A stretch of 63,693 bases of DNA, the filler included, from Octopus bimaculoides (Eukaryota), in assembly GCF_001194135.2 (NCBI RefSeq). It is 3 parts of 3 records of this genome, joined end to end, with 100 filler letters (N's around TTAATTAATTAA, not from the genome) between each part and the next. Parts side by side here need not be neighbours in the genome. Positions count along the whole stretch, not along the records: positions 1 to 30,413 come from NC_069000.1; 2 more parts are not named here. One strand, 5' to 3'. Of this stretch, positions 1-14,584 are shown in pieces; the first letter of the stretch is position 1, and every line of letters starts with the position of its first letter. Both the position numbers and the translations under genes were made by a program. The notes beneath the pieces were generated by a model. That model did no database searches. It saw only the letters and a program-made list of their open reading frames with translations, and was not told where the DNA came from.

Positions 1-73
1 GGTCGGTAACCAAGCTACTTGTCACATACCTACTCCTGCGCCTATAGCAAGCTACTTACTACATAGCCACTCC
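1..73 (-). mobile_element. SINE family B head fragment
   Basis: CAAGCTACTT...CCACTCCTGCGCCTA head motif, partly duplicated. Confidence 0.65.
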
Positions 74-84
74 TTTGTGTGTGT

Positions 85-126
<42 letters not shown>

Positions 127-279
127 GTGTGTGTGTGTGTTTGTGTGTGTGTGTGCATTAAGCCAAGTAGATTAAATGTCGGATAAAAATTATTCAACTC
201 TTTTAAAGAGTAGTGAATATATCACGCCTTAATGGAATTCACACCACCGTGAATTCACAATCTTTCGTATCTTCTCTTC

Positions 280-975
280 GATCCGCTCGATAGTACCTAT
301 CTTCTTTTATACTTTCTATGCTTATTGATCTTACGTCTCTTTAAACATAATTCTGTTATCTATTTCATGCAAACTTATTTTATTTGTCTTCTATAGTAGA
401 TTCATCTTAAAGATTTTTTTCTATTTCAGCTATTTCTATTTCTCTATGTAGCCAATTCTATCTGTCATATCTATGTTTTCTGTCCTATATTTATTTTATA
501 TATCTATTTTATCTGCCTTAGAAATCTCATTTTTTTCTGCCTCGGTGATGTTGCCTATACTATCGATTTTATTCTATCACTTCGATTTTCTGTTTTATAC
601 GCTTTATCTATTGTATTTTATCTGTTGAAACTTATGTCATCATACCTACCTTATCTTATATTCCTTAGCTATAGTACCATATCTCTCCTCTCTAATACAT
701 TTTATGTCATCTATCATATCTATAGAATATTATCTTATCTATCATGCCTCTATTATTAACCATGTCTAAATTATGACTAACTCGTTTGGGTTATGTTATC
801 AAACTTCTTTTCTACTATCTATATTTTCTTACTATTTATCCTCTCTTATACAGCTGAATTTATCTCAGTTCTATATCTATTTTATTTATATCATCTTATT
901 TACCATATCTATTTTATTTATATCATCTTATTTATCTAACCTCGTGTGTGTTATTTATGTGATCTATCTTATCCG
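280..975. repeat. Degenerate TATCT/TATC low-complexity tract
   Basis: G-poor, recurring TATCT words; looks like a decayed microsatellite. Confidence 0.6.
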
Positions 976-1499
976 TTCTTAAATATCAGCAACTGAAATT
1001 TGTGATGTTACTACGTTTTGCAGGGTTTAACACGGTGTAAAACAGTTAACTACCGTCAAGTAAAGGTCCTAATTTGATTTCGATGATTTCGATGATAAAA
1101 CACGGACAGTTATTCTCTCAGCATGTTATTTGTAAATCCATAGGCTTAGCAGTCGCGACTCTCTAGCTTTGGATTAGAAACTCACAGGAACTCGTCCCAT
1201 TTGATGAGACTAATGCATCCTTTACACTCATTGCTTTACGCTCTGTTATCAAATCCATCGTATTTCATTTCTTACCAAATTTTGGAAGATTTAAATTCCT
1301 TTTATCTTTTATCTTTGATTTGTTTCAGTTATTCGATTCTTGAAGAGGTCCAGATCGAACGAATCGCACCCAGTTCATTTTTAAAACACTGGTACTTATT
1401 CTATCGGTTTCTTTTTCAAAACTGCTGAGTTGAGGTTGTAAACAAACCTGAACCAAAATCACACTCACGCTCACACACAAGCAACCCCCCTTTGTTTAA

Positions 1500-1630
1500 A
1501 TATGTATACAACTGGCTTCTTTCAATTTCCGTCTATCACTACCACGTCTACTCAGAAGTCTTTGGTTGGCAACTTGTTTCAGTTGCCACGCAGTGAGACT
1601 GAATTCGGAGTCATGTGTTTGAGAAGCAGC
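1500..1630 (-). mobile_element. SINE family B fragment
   Basis: GGCTTCTTTCAATTTCCGTCTA...GCCACGCAGTGAGACTGAA. Confidence 0.7.
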
Positions 1631-2940
1631 ATTTTTTCCACGGAGTCACTTTGTCGGTACTTCGGCCATAGATCTAAACATATGTAATAAAACCCGATAA
1701 ACCTGTTTTTTTTTCGAATGAGAACTCCAGAGGCATATTTTGGCTCATATTTCACAGACAATTAATTATTACATTCACCGTCAACATCCAGTAATCATTA
1801 CGACGCTATTTTTCGTAGAATAAAGCAATAAGTAATACGTATTTACAATAAAAAACTGTTTGGGTTGATACAATATTATATTGTCTATACTGTAATAAAC
1901 CTGCTCACATTAGTATTATTACAATAAACCTGCTTTGCATTGCAGTTTCATATCTCAGATAAACAATTTCTCTGAATTCATAATTCATATTTGTTTCCAT
2001 TCATTACAAAATGGCAGGAATGCTAATTAGGGACAAACATCAGGTTACGTACTAATATTTAATATTTTACGAATTTACATTTTGTGATTCTTTATCGTAT
2101 CGTATCAATGTTTCTACTCCAGTTTTATGCGATTGCTCTTCTTTTACAAGGGTGAATGATACCTGAGTGCATAAACATAACAATATTACGAAACAGTTGT
2201 TCGTCACATAGACTAAACTAATTTCTCATCGAGATCCAAGACTGCAGTCATCGAAGATGACACCAATGAAGTCAGTATTGTCCAGGTATTACATTCACCG
2301 AAGTGGCAGTAAATCTGGTAATTTGCTGGTATATTTCAGGTACCAAAGTTTACAAGTAAAAGACTGATATTTCATTGGTCTTTTACAAGTGCTTCGGTAC
2401 TAGCTGAATACCAATATTTTAAGGGTGAAAGCAGAGTGAAAGGTGGGATTTACTGTCAAAACGTAGTTAGTTTTGAACCCAGATAGTAAAGCTGTATTAC
2501 TAATTCTGCTATAATGATACTATTGTAATTCACTGATGTTCCAATGAAATGTCACTTCTAATATAGGCATAAAACCTCGGTTAGTGATAAATGTTGGATA
2601 GTCGATGAAAAAGGTAATTTCAGCTGGTTTATAAAAAGTTCATTTAGATTAGAACTGAATGCATTGTATTACGTTCAATATTGCATCAATATTATTATCC
2701 ATAGACCTAATTAAACTACTTATTTCTAACAATCACAAAGATTCGTATTTTGTGACAAAGGTTATAGTAATCGATATGATCAAATGAAGTACGTGACTAG
2801 TCTGCATTTTTCTCACCTCTAGTCATTCTTTCGAAGATGAAGTATGGGTTTTCAAATTTCAAATTGGGTCATATCCGAATAATACTAAGAGCTACGAATT
2901 CATTTTTCCTACATCCTGATAATTTTAATAACTTCATTCT

Positions 2941-3369
2941 TTTCTACTCTAGGCACAAACACCGAAATTTGGGGGGGGAAGGGGCCAATCGATTAGATCG
3001 ATCTCAGTGCGCAACTGGAACTTAATTTATCGACCCCGAAAGGATGAAAGGCAAAGTCGACCTCGGCGGAATTTGAACACAAAACATTAAGACAGACGAA
3101 ATACCGTCAAGCATTTTGCACGGCATGCTAACATTTCGTATTTCTTTATTGCCCACAAGAGGCAAAACATAGATGGGACAAACAAGGACAGACAAAGGTA
3201 TTAGGTCGATTACATCGACCCCAGTGCGTAACTGGTACTTAATTTATCGACCTCGAAAGGATGAAAGGCAAAGTCGACCGCGGCGGAATTTGAACTCAGA
3301 ACGTAAAAGCAGACGAAATACCGCTAAGCATTTCGCTCGGCATGCTAACGCTTTTGCCAGCTCGCCACT
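2941..3369 (-). mobile_element. tRNA-derived SINE family A, head-to-tail dimer
   Basis: Two consecutive copies of GAAACGTTAGC...TGAGTTCAAATTCC...GTCGACTTTGCCTTTCATCCTTTCGGGGTCGATAAATTAAGTACCAG on the - strand. The core resembles the Nin-domain SINE core as I recall it (unverified). Confidence 0.85.
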
Positions 3370-3856
3370 TTATTTTAAATAATGTTATCGAAAAAACAGT
3401 AATATTCTTAAAACCAAACCAGGATGAATCTAATTTGAGGTTTAATTCTAGAACTCCATGCCATGTTTGTAATACGATAGCAACACTAGGTTTAAAACAA
3501 TTGTTAACAATAAGTATTTGAAGTTTATAGATAAGAATCTCTAAAGGGCATTGAAAGGAAATGTTAGAAGAGGCAAAGCCACTTTAGTAAGGGGAGAAAA
3601 TAATGAAACACGATGCGAATAAGTATTTGAATGAAGCAAAACAATAACGAATTAATACTTAGGCATGATTCTCTCAAAGAGATTTTATCAAGCCGATATT
3701 GATTATTCAAAGCTATGTATCAACACACACACGCACGCACGCGCACACACGTATATATATGTATAAATATATATATATACATATACACACACATATATAT
3801 GTGTGTGCATATGTGTATATATGTGTATATATGTGTGTGTGTGTATATATATAATA

Positions 3857-3887
<31 letters not shown>

Positions 3888-4550
3888 ATACATATATATA
3901 TATATATANNNNNNNNNNNNNNNNNNNNNNNNNNNNNNNNNNNNNNNNNNNNNNNNNNNNNNNNNNNNNNNNNNNNNNNNNNNNNNNNNNNNNNNNNNNN
4001 NNNNNNNNNNNNNNNNNNNNNNNNNNNNNNNNNNNNNNNNNNNNNNNNNNNNNNNNNNNNNNNNNNNNNNNNNNNNNNNNNNNNNNNNNNNNNNNNNNNN
4101 NNNNNNNNNNNNNNNNNNNNNNNNNNNNNNNNNNNNNNNNNNNNNNNNNNNNNNNNNNNNNNNNNNNNNNNNNNNNNNNNNNNNNNNNNNNAGCGGTCTG
4201 ATGTTTTCGAATGTCTTCTCATTTCATTGAATCAGCGATATATCCTTTAAAGGATATATTCATTTTATAGTTTTTGTCAAGCAAAATTACCTAATTTATG
4301 GAAATAAATAAAAAGATACACAAGAAGAAAAGCAGGAAACGTTGAGATATATAATACTGCGTTAAAAATTTTATTCTTGTTTGACGCTATCAGAAGTAAG
4401 TTATACCGTTTGTGTGCCTCTGTATGTTTGTGTGCCTGTGTGCGTTTGTGAGAGAGAGAGAGAAGCCAAAATACAATATCAATAAGTATATATGTATAAA
4501 TATATATATATATATATATATGTGGGGGGTGAGGTGTAAATATATATTTT

Positions 4551-4582
<32 letters not shown>

Positions 4583-5558
4583 CATTTATGGAGATAGGGC
4601 TGAAATTCAAGCTGTGTCTTCTTGAAGCACATCTGCTTACTCCAATATTTCAAAAGTGTATGTAGATGTTATATTTGTTTGAGATATGTAAAATGATTGA
4701 AAATTCTGGGAAATACTTTTGGCAGAGTAATTATATATGAAAACAGGAGATTGGAAAAATGCTTGGTATTATTTATTCACCATGAATAATTTTCACATTT
4801 ATTTACAATATCTACATTTTCTATTAGAATTTTTTTCTGCCAGAGAATCAAATCAAACCTATATGTATGCATATCTTACTGTATATATTTAAATACGTAC
4901 ACATGCACGCTTAACCACTCACACACACACATATATATATGAATATACGACCTTGGACGTAGCTCCGACTTCTTGAAATATCATCCAGATGTATTTACCT
5001 GAAATACAACGCGTAAACCTAAATATTTCCTATAGATACATATGCTATTTGGAAAGTATTTTGGTGGTATAAGGCGACACATTTAACCTATTAATTAATA
5101 TAATTAGCATATGAATACTCAGTTAAGAGCCAGTCTACAACATGACACGGGTAAATATAAGGTATTATGCTTTCTAGAATAATCATTTAATGCTTCGGCA
5201 CCAGTCTAACAATCTACAGTTTCAATGCCTGGTAATAAACACTTTCTAAATTTCTCCAGTGTAATATGAGAGGCCAATTCAAAAACTAAAGTTTAAACTA
5301 CCCGTCCATTTGTCACCTGACAAATGAACAAATAACTAAATAAATGATTAAATAAATAAATAAATAAACAGCATTATCAAACTTCATGGGAGCTACATTT
5401 CAATTTTCGAAATGATCTCATATATTCCTACCCTTCGAAATACAGACAAATGAAAAGGTAAATATTTGGCGGTGCTCTAGTATGTTCACAGCCTTTGGCC
5501 TGAAGCGTTTAAAAGAATAAAAGAACACATATTTGTGCATGCACAGGTGTGGTCGATA

Positions 5559-5603
<45 letters not shown>

Positions 5604-6098
5604 TACACACATTTCTACTTTAAAACTTATTTCAGTGAAGTTTCGAAAACTAGTCTTGTTTATGAAGCAAGTAAGTACAGAAAACTTTTGAAGTTAGTTG
5701 TAATTATGAAATCACATCTCTCAACAGCTAAAAGCATTCTTTTTTCAGCTTTAGAATTATTGCATATATATTCAAATGTTTCATTAAATCGAACGTTTTT
5801 AATTTCTTATTTTCTCATATATTTTTTGTCATTCTGTCTAACACTTGGAATTACTATATGGAAGTGGGGCAAAATTGGTAATTGGATTAAAATGAATAAT
5901 TTCTGATTACCTGTTACTCTAATTTTGTACCATTTCATCATTTTTGTGAGTAAAATTTGCTCAGTATATATTACGTAGTTTGGGGTAAAACTTGATTAGT
6001 ATAGTTTACATAGTTGTTGTTGAAAGACAGGTACTATTTTCAAAATAGTTGTCCTCAAATTTGACCCGATTGTAGTTGCAGTAGCTAATAAAATATAC

Positions 6099-6497
6099 TC
6101 TCTCTTTTACTCTTTTCATCGTTTCAGTCATTTTACTGCGGCCATGCTGGAACACCACCTTTAATCGAGCAAATCGACCCTAGGACTTATTCTTTTTTAA
6201 GCCTAGTACTTATTCTATCGGTCTCTTTTGCCGAATCGTTAAGTTACGGGGACTTAAACACACCAGCATCGGTTGCCGAGCGATGTTGGGGGGGGACAAA
6301 CACAGACACACAAACACATATATATATATACATATACATATATAAGACGGGCTTCTTTTAGTTTCCGTCTACCAAATCCACTCACAAGGCTTTGGTCGGC
6401 CCGAGGCTATAGAAGACGACACTTGCCCACGCAGTTGGACTGAACCCGGAACCATGTGGTTGGTAAGCTACTTACCACACAGCCACTCCTGCGCCTA
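6099..6497 (-). mobile_element. tRNA-derived SINE family B, near full length
   Basis: Reverse strand begins TAGGCGCAGGAGTGGCTGTGTGGTAAG (A-box) ... GGTTCAGTCC (B-box), has an internal CA/TA microsatellite and a body shared with five other copies in the window. Confidence 0.85.
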
Positions 6498-9310
6498 TAT
6501 ATCTGGATAATTTTTGGTGAAGAAACTGTAGTAAAGAACCTATAAAGAATATTTTATGTTAAGTTTTTAAATTTAGTTGAGTTTCATTAAATTCATCACA
6601 TGTGCTGTTTTCCCATTATCCTTTTTCATTTGACCAATATAGTTTAAATTTTGTTGCATTTCTGATGACTCTGTTTCCCAAATTTAATTCTGGAGAACTG
6701 GCAGGGTATATCTAACTTGTTCAGTCTTACTCATTTTGTCCCGCCTAAATTTGTCTTGTATATACTCGAAGAGAACTGATAATTTTCTGAAATAGTGACC
6801 TGAATATCTTATAGATTTTACTACGTTTAGAGAAGGACTTTACTTCGCTGATATAGTTTTGGAAAAGTAGTGAACATTTGTGTAAAACATATGTTTTCTT
6901 CGAAGTAAAGAATGCTATAAATAATACTCATTGCACTGCACATACTCTTCCTGAAAACTGGAAAAAAAAAAGCTTTTGGAAATAACTATTTGAATTTGTC
7001 CATTTTTGTCGGCATTTCCCCCGCTTATTTTTTTCACGCATTGCAAAATAATGAAGGGAAGCCATTTTAGAAGAAAGACTTTTAAAATCCATGTCATTTA
7101 AATGTTGGTATCTCAATTCCCCCTCTCTCTNNNNNNNNNNNNNNNNNNNNNNNNNNNNNNNNNNNNNNNNNNNNNNNNNNNNNNNNNNNNNNNNNNNNNN
7201 NNNNNNNNNNNNNNNNNNNNNNNNNNNNNNNNNNNNNNNNNNNNNNNNNNNNNNNNNNNNNNNNNNNNNNNNNNNNNNNNNNNNNNNNNNNNNNNNNNNN
7301 NNNNNNNNNNNNNNNNNNNNNNNNNNNNNNNNNNNNNNNNNNNNNNNNNNNNNNNNNNNNNNNNNNNNNNNNNNNNNNNNNNNNNNNNNNNNNNNNNNNN
7401 NNNNNNNNNNNNNNNNNNNNNNNNNNNNNNNNNNNNNNNNNNNNNNNNNNNNNNNNNNNNNNNNNNNNNNNNNNNNNNNNNNNNNNNNNNNNNNNNNNNN
7501 NNNNNNNNNNNNNNNNNNNNNNNNNNNNNNNNNNNNNNNNNNNNNNNNNNNNNNNNNNNNNNNNNNNNNNNNNNNNNNNNNNNNNNNNNNNNNNNNNNNN
7601 NNNNNNNNNNNNNNNNNNNNNNNNNNNNNNNNNNNNNNNNNNNNNNNNNNNNNNNNNNNNNNNNNNNNNNNNNNNNNNNNNNNNNNNNNNNNNNNNNNNN
7701 NNNNNNNNNNNNNNNNNNNNNNNNNNNNNNNNNNNNNNNNNNNNNNNNNNNNNNNNNNNNNNNNNNNNNNNNNNNNNNNNNNNNNNNNNNNNNNNNNNNN
7801 NNNNNNNNNNNNNNNNNNNNNNNNNNNNNNNNNNNNNNNNNNNNNNNNNNNNNNNNNNNNNNNNNNNNNNNNNNNNNNNNNNNNNNNNNNNNNNNNNNNN
7901 NNNNNNNNNNNNNNNNNNNNNNNNNNNNNNNNNNNNNNNNNNNNNNNNNNNNNNNNNNNNNNNNNNNNNNNNNNNNNNNATATATATATATATATAAAGC
8001 AGGTGTACACGAAGAACGATCATTGCTAGGAATAGCAGGCGCTAAGTGTATGGTGCTTGTAGAGATGTGTGCGGGAGATGAATATAAGAAAATTCTGTCT
8101 TACCTGTACGGAGACCGTTAGAGGAATAAAGGGTAACTCAATACTGCAGCTTCAAACTCTTTAGATCATGTGCGTGAGCCCGAATCTGATTGGTTATCTT
8201 CAGTTGAGTCTACCGTGGACGACCAAATTCTAAAATATCCACTATATCTCTCCCTGCTTAGTATACTAATCAGCTAATAGCAGCAGTCATAATAAGAACG
8301 AAGATCAGTGAAAAAATCTGCATGAAAATATAATTATTATTAAAATAACATTAATATCCAGGAAGAATAAAGCACCATATAGGTACAATGATAAATAATT
8401 AAATCGGGTGTACACGAAGTACGATGATTGCTAGAAATAGCAGCCTGTAAGTGCACGCTGCTATGTAGAGCTTCACCTGCTTTATATATTCATAAATTCT
8501 ACCTGTATGGTGCTTTATTTTTGCCGTATATTAATGCCGGATATTAATGTTCAGTAACAGCATTAATTTATGATACTGGTGTTATGATATTGAAAACATT
8601 GAGTTTTATGGAAGATGCATGTAAAATTTATTTCGAGAAGTCATAATTTTGAAGTCGCAGGGGCAAAATGAAATACGAAAACAGTCACATAATATAACGT
8701 GTTTCTTACATTAGTATTCCTGTTTGAAGTTTAAAATGTTCTTAGAGACCAGCTAAATTCGTAAAATATATTGTCAAACAACAAATAACCACTCCAAATG
8801 ATATACTCGGCAGCGGTGTTTCTGTCTACCGTATGCTACTCCTAGCTTTGTTTACCTACTTGGTTATATTGTAGTAATCACATTCGCAAGATGCCATGCC
8901 TGTTGAATCAAATCCGAAGTCATGCTCTGTTTTGCATGTTTGTTTAGTTTGATTTTTTTTTTATTTCTTTATTTTTTGGGGGCGTGATGCAAACTTGTTA
9001 ATCATATAGACATGTCGGCTCTCACTAGTTTAACTTTGAGCTGCCTCCGAAGTTCACAATGTTAACATCGTTTTATTCAATGAATTCTAGAAGCGCAACT
9101 TGTAAGGATTTCAATATTAAAGATGTGTGAAGAGTAGCGTACATACTGTGCACATGGATTTGCTAGACATGCAGAACCAAGTGTAAGTGGATGCTGCAAC
9201 TTTCATGCTGTTCATGACATGGTAATGGCATAAAGAACCTCATAACCATTTTAAGGAATCAGACTCTTCCCCCACTACACATGAACTATCATTATTATCT
9301 TACATGGTTA

Positions 9311-9520
9311 AAGCGGTGAGCTGGCAGAACCGTTAGCACACTGGGTAAAATGCTTAGCGGAATTTCGTCCGTCTTTACGCTCTGAGTTCAAATGGCCGCA
9401 ACGTCGTTCATCATTTCGGAGTCGTTAGAATAAGTATCATTCAAGTACTTGGAGCCGATGCATCGACTTGCCCCTCTCCTAAAAAACTACTGGCCCTTTG
9501 CCAAATTTGAGATTATTATT
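9311..9520 (+). mobile_element. SINE family A, diverged monomer
   Basis: GCGGTGAGCTGGCAGAACCGTTAGC head, B-box; flanking duplication ATTATTATCTTACAT. Confidence 0.8.
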
Positions 9521-9804
9521 ATCTTACATAGGGATTCAGAAGGCCTTGGATTTTGAGATACGAATATCAGATCTAAAGTGAATTTGAGATTATTTCAATA
9601 AGAATCGAAATTGAGTATTTGCTTGTTCACATCAAAAACATTTCTACATAAACAGCATTCATATACAATATAAACCACAACCAAATCGGGTTCAGAGTTC
9701 CTCTATATACTCTAATTTAGCTCCTTTTTACCCAGAAGATTTCATTTCACCATCTTACCGTCCAATACAACATTATTTCAAGATTTGCATCTATATGTGA
9801 TCAC

Positions 9805-9970
9805 ATTCTGAGTTCAAAATGCGCTGAGGTCAACTTTACCTTTCATCCTTTCGGGGTCGATTAAATAAGTACCAGTTACGCACTGGGGTCGATGTAATCG
9901 ACTTAATCCCTTTATCTGTCCTTGTTTGTCCCCTCTAAGTTTAGCCCTCTGTGGCCAATAAAGAAATAAT
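9805..9970 (+). mobile_element. SINE family A, 5'-truncated
   Basis: B-box, CCTTTCATCCTTTCGGGGTCGA core and tail-1 ending AAAGAAATAA. Confidence 0.8.
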
Positions 9971-10149
9971 ATATTCAGACTGATATCTTTAATGTTTACC
10001 TGTGTTAATTGAGCTGGTTTAATGGGAACTTAACTGTTACGTGAGATGCGTTAATTGTAACTTAACTTGTGTAGGTAGGTTGTTAGATGACACAGAAAAA
10101 TCTTGGGGAGAGAGGGGGGTGAGAGGGTAAGAGAGAAAGAGACAGACAA

Positions 10150-10196
<47 letters not shown>

Positions 10197-10686
10197 AACA
10201 GCCAGAAGTAGACACAAAGAAAAACAAAGCAAAAGTGAAAACGATCCAATTTCTTCTAGCACTATTTGTGACAGGTCAAAAACTATCCCATTTCCGCTAT
10301 TAGTTTTTATGGAATAAACAAGATTTAAAAAACATAAAAGACAAATTTTAAAATGGATTATGAGGGATTTATTGTTATCAGAACAAAACCGGATGTAATG
10401 TACAGTTTCTTCACAATATACTAATAATGCATAGAGATTCTCATGTGCATAAAATAGATTTCCTATAATATTCACACTCCTCTATCTGGGAAATAGATTT
10501 TCATTCGTTTTCTTCAGATTCATAATTATATAGTTTCTGTTGTTACTAGGTCATTTATAGCCAAAGATTTGTTTTGATGTGTTTTTATATCTATATATAT
10601 ATATATGAATGTATCTATGTGTGCGTGTGTGTATACATGCATACATACATATATACACACACATGCTCACACACACGCGTGCACAA

Positions 10687-10720
<34 letters not shown>

Positions 10721-10725
10721 GTACA

Positions 10726-10765
<40 letters not shown>

Positions 10766-11426
10766 NNNNNNNNNNNNNNNNNNNNNNNNNNNNNNNNNNN
10801 NNNNNNNNNNNNNNNNNNNNNNNNNNNNNNNNNNNNNNNNNNNNNNNNNNNNNNNNNNNNNNNNNNNNNNNNNNNNNNNNNNNNNNNNNNNNNNNNNNNN
10901 NNNNNNNNNNNNNNNNNNNNNNNNNNNNNNNNNNNNNNNNNNNNNNNNNNNNNNNNNNNNNNNNNNNNNNNNNNNNNNNNNNNNNNNNNNNNNNNNNNNN
11001 NNNNNNNNNNNNNNNNNNNNNNNNNNNNNNNNNNNNNNNNNNNNNNNNNNNNNNNNNNNNNNNNNNNNNNNNNNNNNNNNNNNNNNNNNNNNNNNNNNNN
11101 NNNNNNNNNNNNNNNNNNNNNNNNNNNNNNNNNNNNNNNNNNNNNNNNNNNNNNNNNNNNNNNNNNNNNNNNNNNNNNNNNNATACTTTTCCTAACTCAG
11201 TTTCCTTTATCGTATTTTTTAGTTTTCTAGTTATTTAACGTCATTCATGGATATCTGCTCTTAACCTTTTTCGCTTTTACGAGTCTTTGATAATCGTTTT
11301 AATTTGTTTTATTTCGTCGATAATGTAAATTATACTGAATAATTTTCAAAGGTAAACTGTATATATATATATATATATTGACGTTTCTTTTAATATCTGG
11401 TTCAGTAATAACTATTTCTCTTCACG

Positions 11427-11428
<2 letters not shown>

Positions 11429-11506
<78 letters not shown>

Positions 11507-11525
11507 GCTGTTGTTGTTGTTGTTC
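11429..11525. repeat. Compound (ATT)n(GTT)n microsatellite
   Basis: Direct reading. Confidence 0.95.
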
Positions 11526-14099
11526 TTGCTCTTGTTCTCGTTGCGATCCTTGTTATTGCAGTCATTAATATGCATAATTACTCAATAAAACGACACTGCA
11601 ATTACAATAAAGTGAATTATTTTTTTGAAATAGATAATAAACCGAAACATGAGGAAATGGGCGTATGCAACAACGAAATGCTTGTCTTTGTAACGGTTTA
11701 CGGGCTGTTCTAGAAAACACGACTGTTAGAATAGCAATAGATCGATAATAAGGAATCAATTGACAATGTTTTCCCTCGCCCACTTTCCACCTTCCTTTCT
11801 ATATATATATATAATATAATATAAATATAATAAATACTCTAATACACCCTCATACATGTGTGCATGTGTATATGTGTATATACATATATATGTGTGTGTG
11901 TATGTGGCTATATATACATATACATATACATACATTCTTATNNNNNNNNNNNNNNNNNNNNNNNNNNNNNNNNNNNNNNNNNNNNNNNNNNNNNNNNNNN
12001 NNNNNNNNNNNNNNNNNNNNNNNNNNNNNNNNNNNNNNNNNNNNNNNNNNNNNNNNNNNNNNNNNNNNNNNNNNNNNNNNNNNNNNNNNNNNNNNNNNNN
12101 NNNNNNNNNNNNNNNNNNNNNNNNNNNNNNNNNNNNNNNNNNNNNNNNNNNNNNNNNNNNNNNNNNNNNNNNNNNNNNNNNNNNNNNNNNNNNNNNNNNN
12201 NNNNNNNNNNNNNNNNNNNNNNNNNNNNNNNNNNNNNNNNNNNNNNNNNNNNNNNNNNNNNNNNNNNNNNNNNNNNNNNNNNNNNNNNNNNNNNNNNNNN
12301 NNNNNNNNNNNNNNNNNNNNNNNNNNNNNNNNNNNNNNNNNNNNNNNNNNNNNNNNNNNNNNNNNNNNNNNNNNNNNNNNNNNNNNNNNNNNNNNNNNNN
12401 NNNNNNNNNNNNNNNNNNNNNNNNNNNNNNNNNNNNNNNNNNNNNNNNNNNNNNNNNNNNNNNNNNNNNNNNNNNNNNNNNNNNNNNNNNNNNNNNNNNN
12501 NNNNNNNNNNNNNNNNNNNNNNNNNNNNNNNNNNNNNNNNNNNNNNNNNNNNNNNNNNNGACAGAGTGAAATCATATGTATATATATCTGTATATGAAGC
12601 AACGACAGATCCATGAAAATGATAAACGTAATGTGGGATCGAAACTGCCTAAGTGGATGGGTGATGGATATTTATTACCTATTGTGACCAATGGAGAGGA
12701 AATAACATACAAGCTCGAAGGAAAATATTTCAGAATTGGAATGGAAATATATCTGGGTCTGCCCATATGTATCGTAACATGTCGAAAGTCGTCTCAGAGT
12801 GTATCGTGGCAGCATTCAGAATCCGGATGTACAAATAGAAGATGATTTGATACTGACGGATTCATCTAAACATCCAACGCAATTTACTTACTCTGATCTG
12901 AAAAAAGTTTCTTGTGACTCTTATACGGAAATTAAAATAACGTAAAGGAAGATATTTATTCGTAATATGAGGAACAGTGTCAATTGTAGGATCGGTTGAA
13001 TGTGGAACAGTTTTTGATATATTTAGTTACGTCTCTATATTCACTGAAATTGAATTTAAAACAAATTAACATGGCAAATTGAAACTGGTCGCATCTTTTT
13101 CTCGTACAATGTTTTAATTTATGATTTAATTTACTTTTGACTGAGGCTCAGTTTTATTTTAGGATTACTACGATATGGCCTTATTAATCATTGTTCTTAC
13201 TTTAGCTTAATGAGAACAGAGGATTGGTATATAAAGTAATTGCATACATACATACACACATACATACATACATACATACATTCATACATACATTTCTACG
13301 TGGTGACAAGTCAATCGTCATAAATCCATGTTTTGTGGGGTATGTTTTTTTTTCTAGTTTTCAACTAAAGTGTATTATTCCCAATTTAAAAATTTTTAAA
13401 GGGCGATTTGATATAGATTGAAACCTATTTTAAGTATGCCAAGCCTCTGTATACACTGGTCAACCACAAGTTAGAAAAAACTGTCAGCAAACACTTAGTT
13501 TCATCCTTTCTTCATTAGTTTGAAATACTTCTCTGCCAAATAGGGAAAATGAACAAATATCGTTAATATATTAGACTCAATGCTACCGTCATTTTCATTT
13601 CTTTCGGAAATCCATTATATTCAATGGATTAAATGATTAAATTTACTTCAAATGCATCACTGCTATTAAAGTTTAAGCCACCCTCGTTTTCTTCTTTGTC
13701 AACAAATTACACTTTTCCTATGGGAAGAATCAATATTGTAGAATTGTGTGGGGCATCATTTCGTAAAATTGCGAGACAACTTTACAATATTCTGTATCAT
13801 TTCTCTCTAAACGGATGAGTGTTAAATGTTAAGGAGTTAACATTGTATGGCGGAGGGCGAGTCCTTGAAATAAGAGCCAGGAGTAAAAAGACTGCATTCC
13901 ACTCCTACTAAAATAATGGTTTAATATAGTATAACATGAAGTAAATATCTTACGTAACTTCGTTTCTGTTGCAAATAACTTTAACCTTGTTGAGAAAGTT
14001 ATTCTCTCAAATTAGATTAGTTGGCTCTGGGTCGCAAATGAAGCTAGAGTGATGTATTTTCGAAAATACAGAAAATAAATACTCGAGTGAAGTCATTGA

Positions 14100-14100
<1 letters not shown>

Positions 14101-14159
<59 letters not shown>

Positions 14160-14199
14160 CAGTAGTAGTAGTAGCAGCAGCAGCAGCAGTAGCAGCAGC

Positions 14200-14245
<46 letters not shown>

Positions 14246-14287
14246 NNNNNNNNNNGTAGTAGCAGCAGCAGCAGCAGTAGCAGCAGC

Positions 14288-14337
<50 letters not shown>

Positions 14338-14338
14338 C
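14101..14338. repeat. (AGT)n/(AGC)n microsatellite spanning a 10-N gap
   Basis: Direct reading. Confidence 0.95.
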
Positions 14339-14584
14339 AAATTTGTTCTTTAGACTAAGGGCAATCTGACTAGTCAGACCTATGTTCAAATGTGTTCCAA
14401 CCGTTATCATCGTATTTTCTTTTTTGTATGATACAGTAGTCCTAAGACCACATTATCCAACGTATCCTTCGTTTTTATAGAACGGCTGGAATTAAGTGAT
14501 TCGATTGAAAACTTTTACCATGTCCATCGACCACTTAGAGCGTCCTCTACTTTTATCATAAGTAGAGCCTACATTCCAATAAGT

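Noticed and set aside
3715-4230. Long ORFs in the track containing X-runs or YIYI/THTH/VCVC/poly-S/L/V
   Set aside because: Produced by N-gaps and microsatellites; applies to most listed ORFs in the window.
13430-13800. Faint L1/Tx1-like peptide traces on the - strand (also 6600-7110)
   Set aside because: Too degenerate to support a call by eye.
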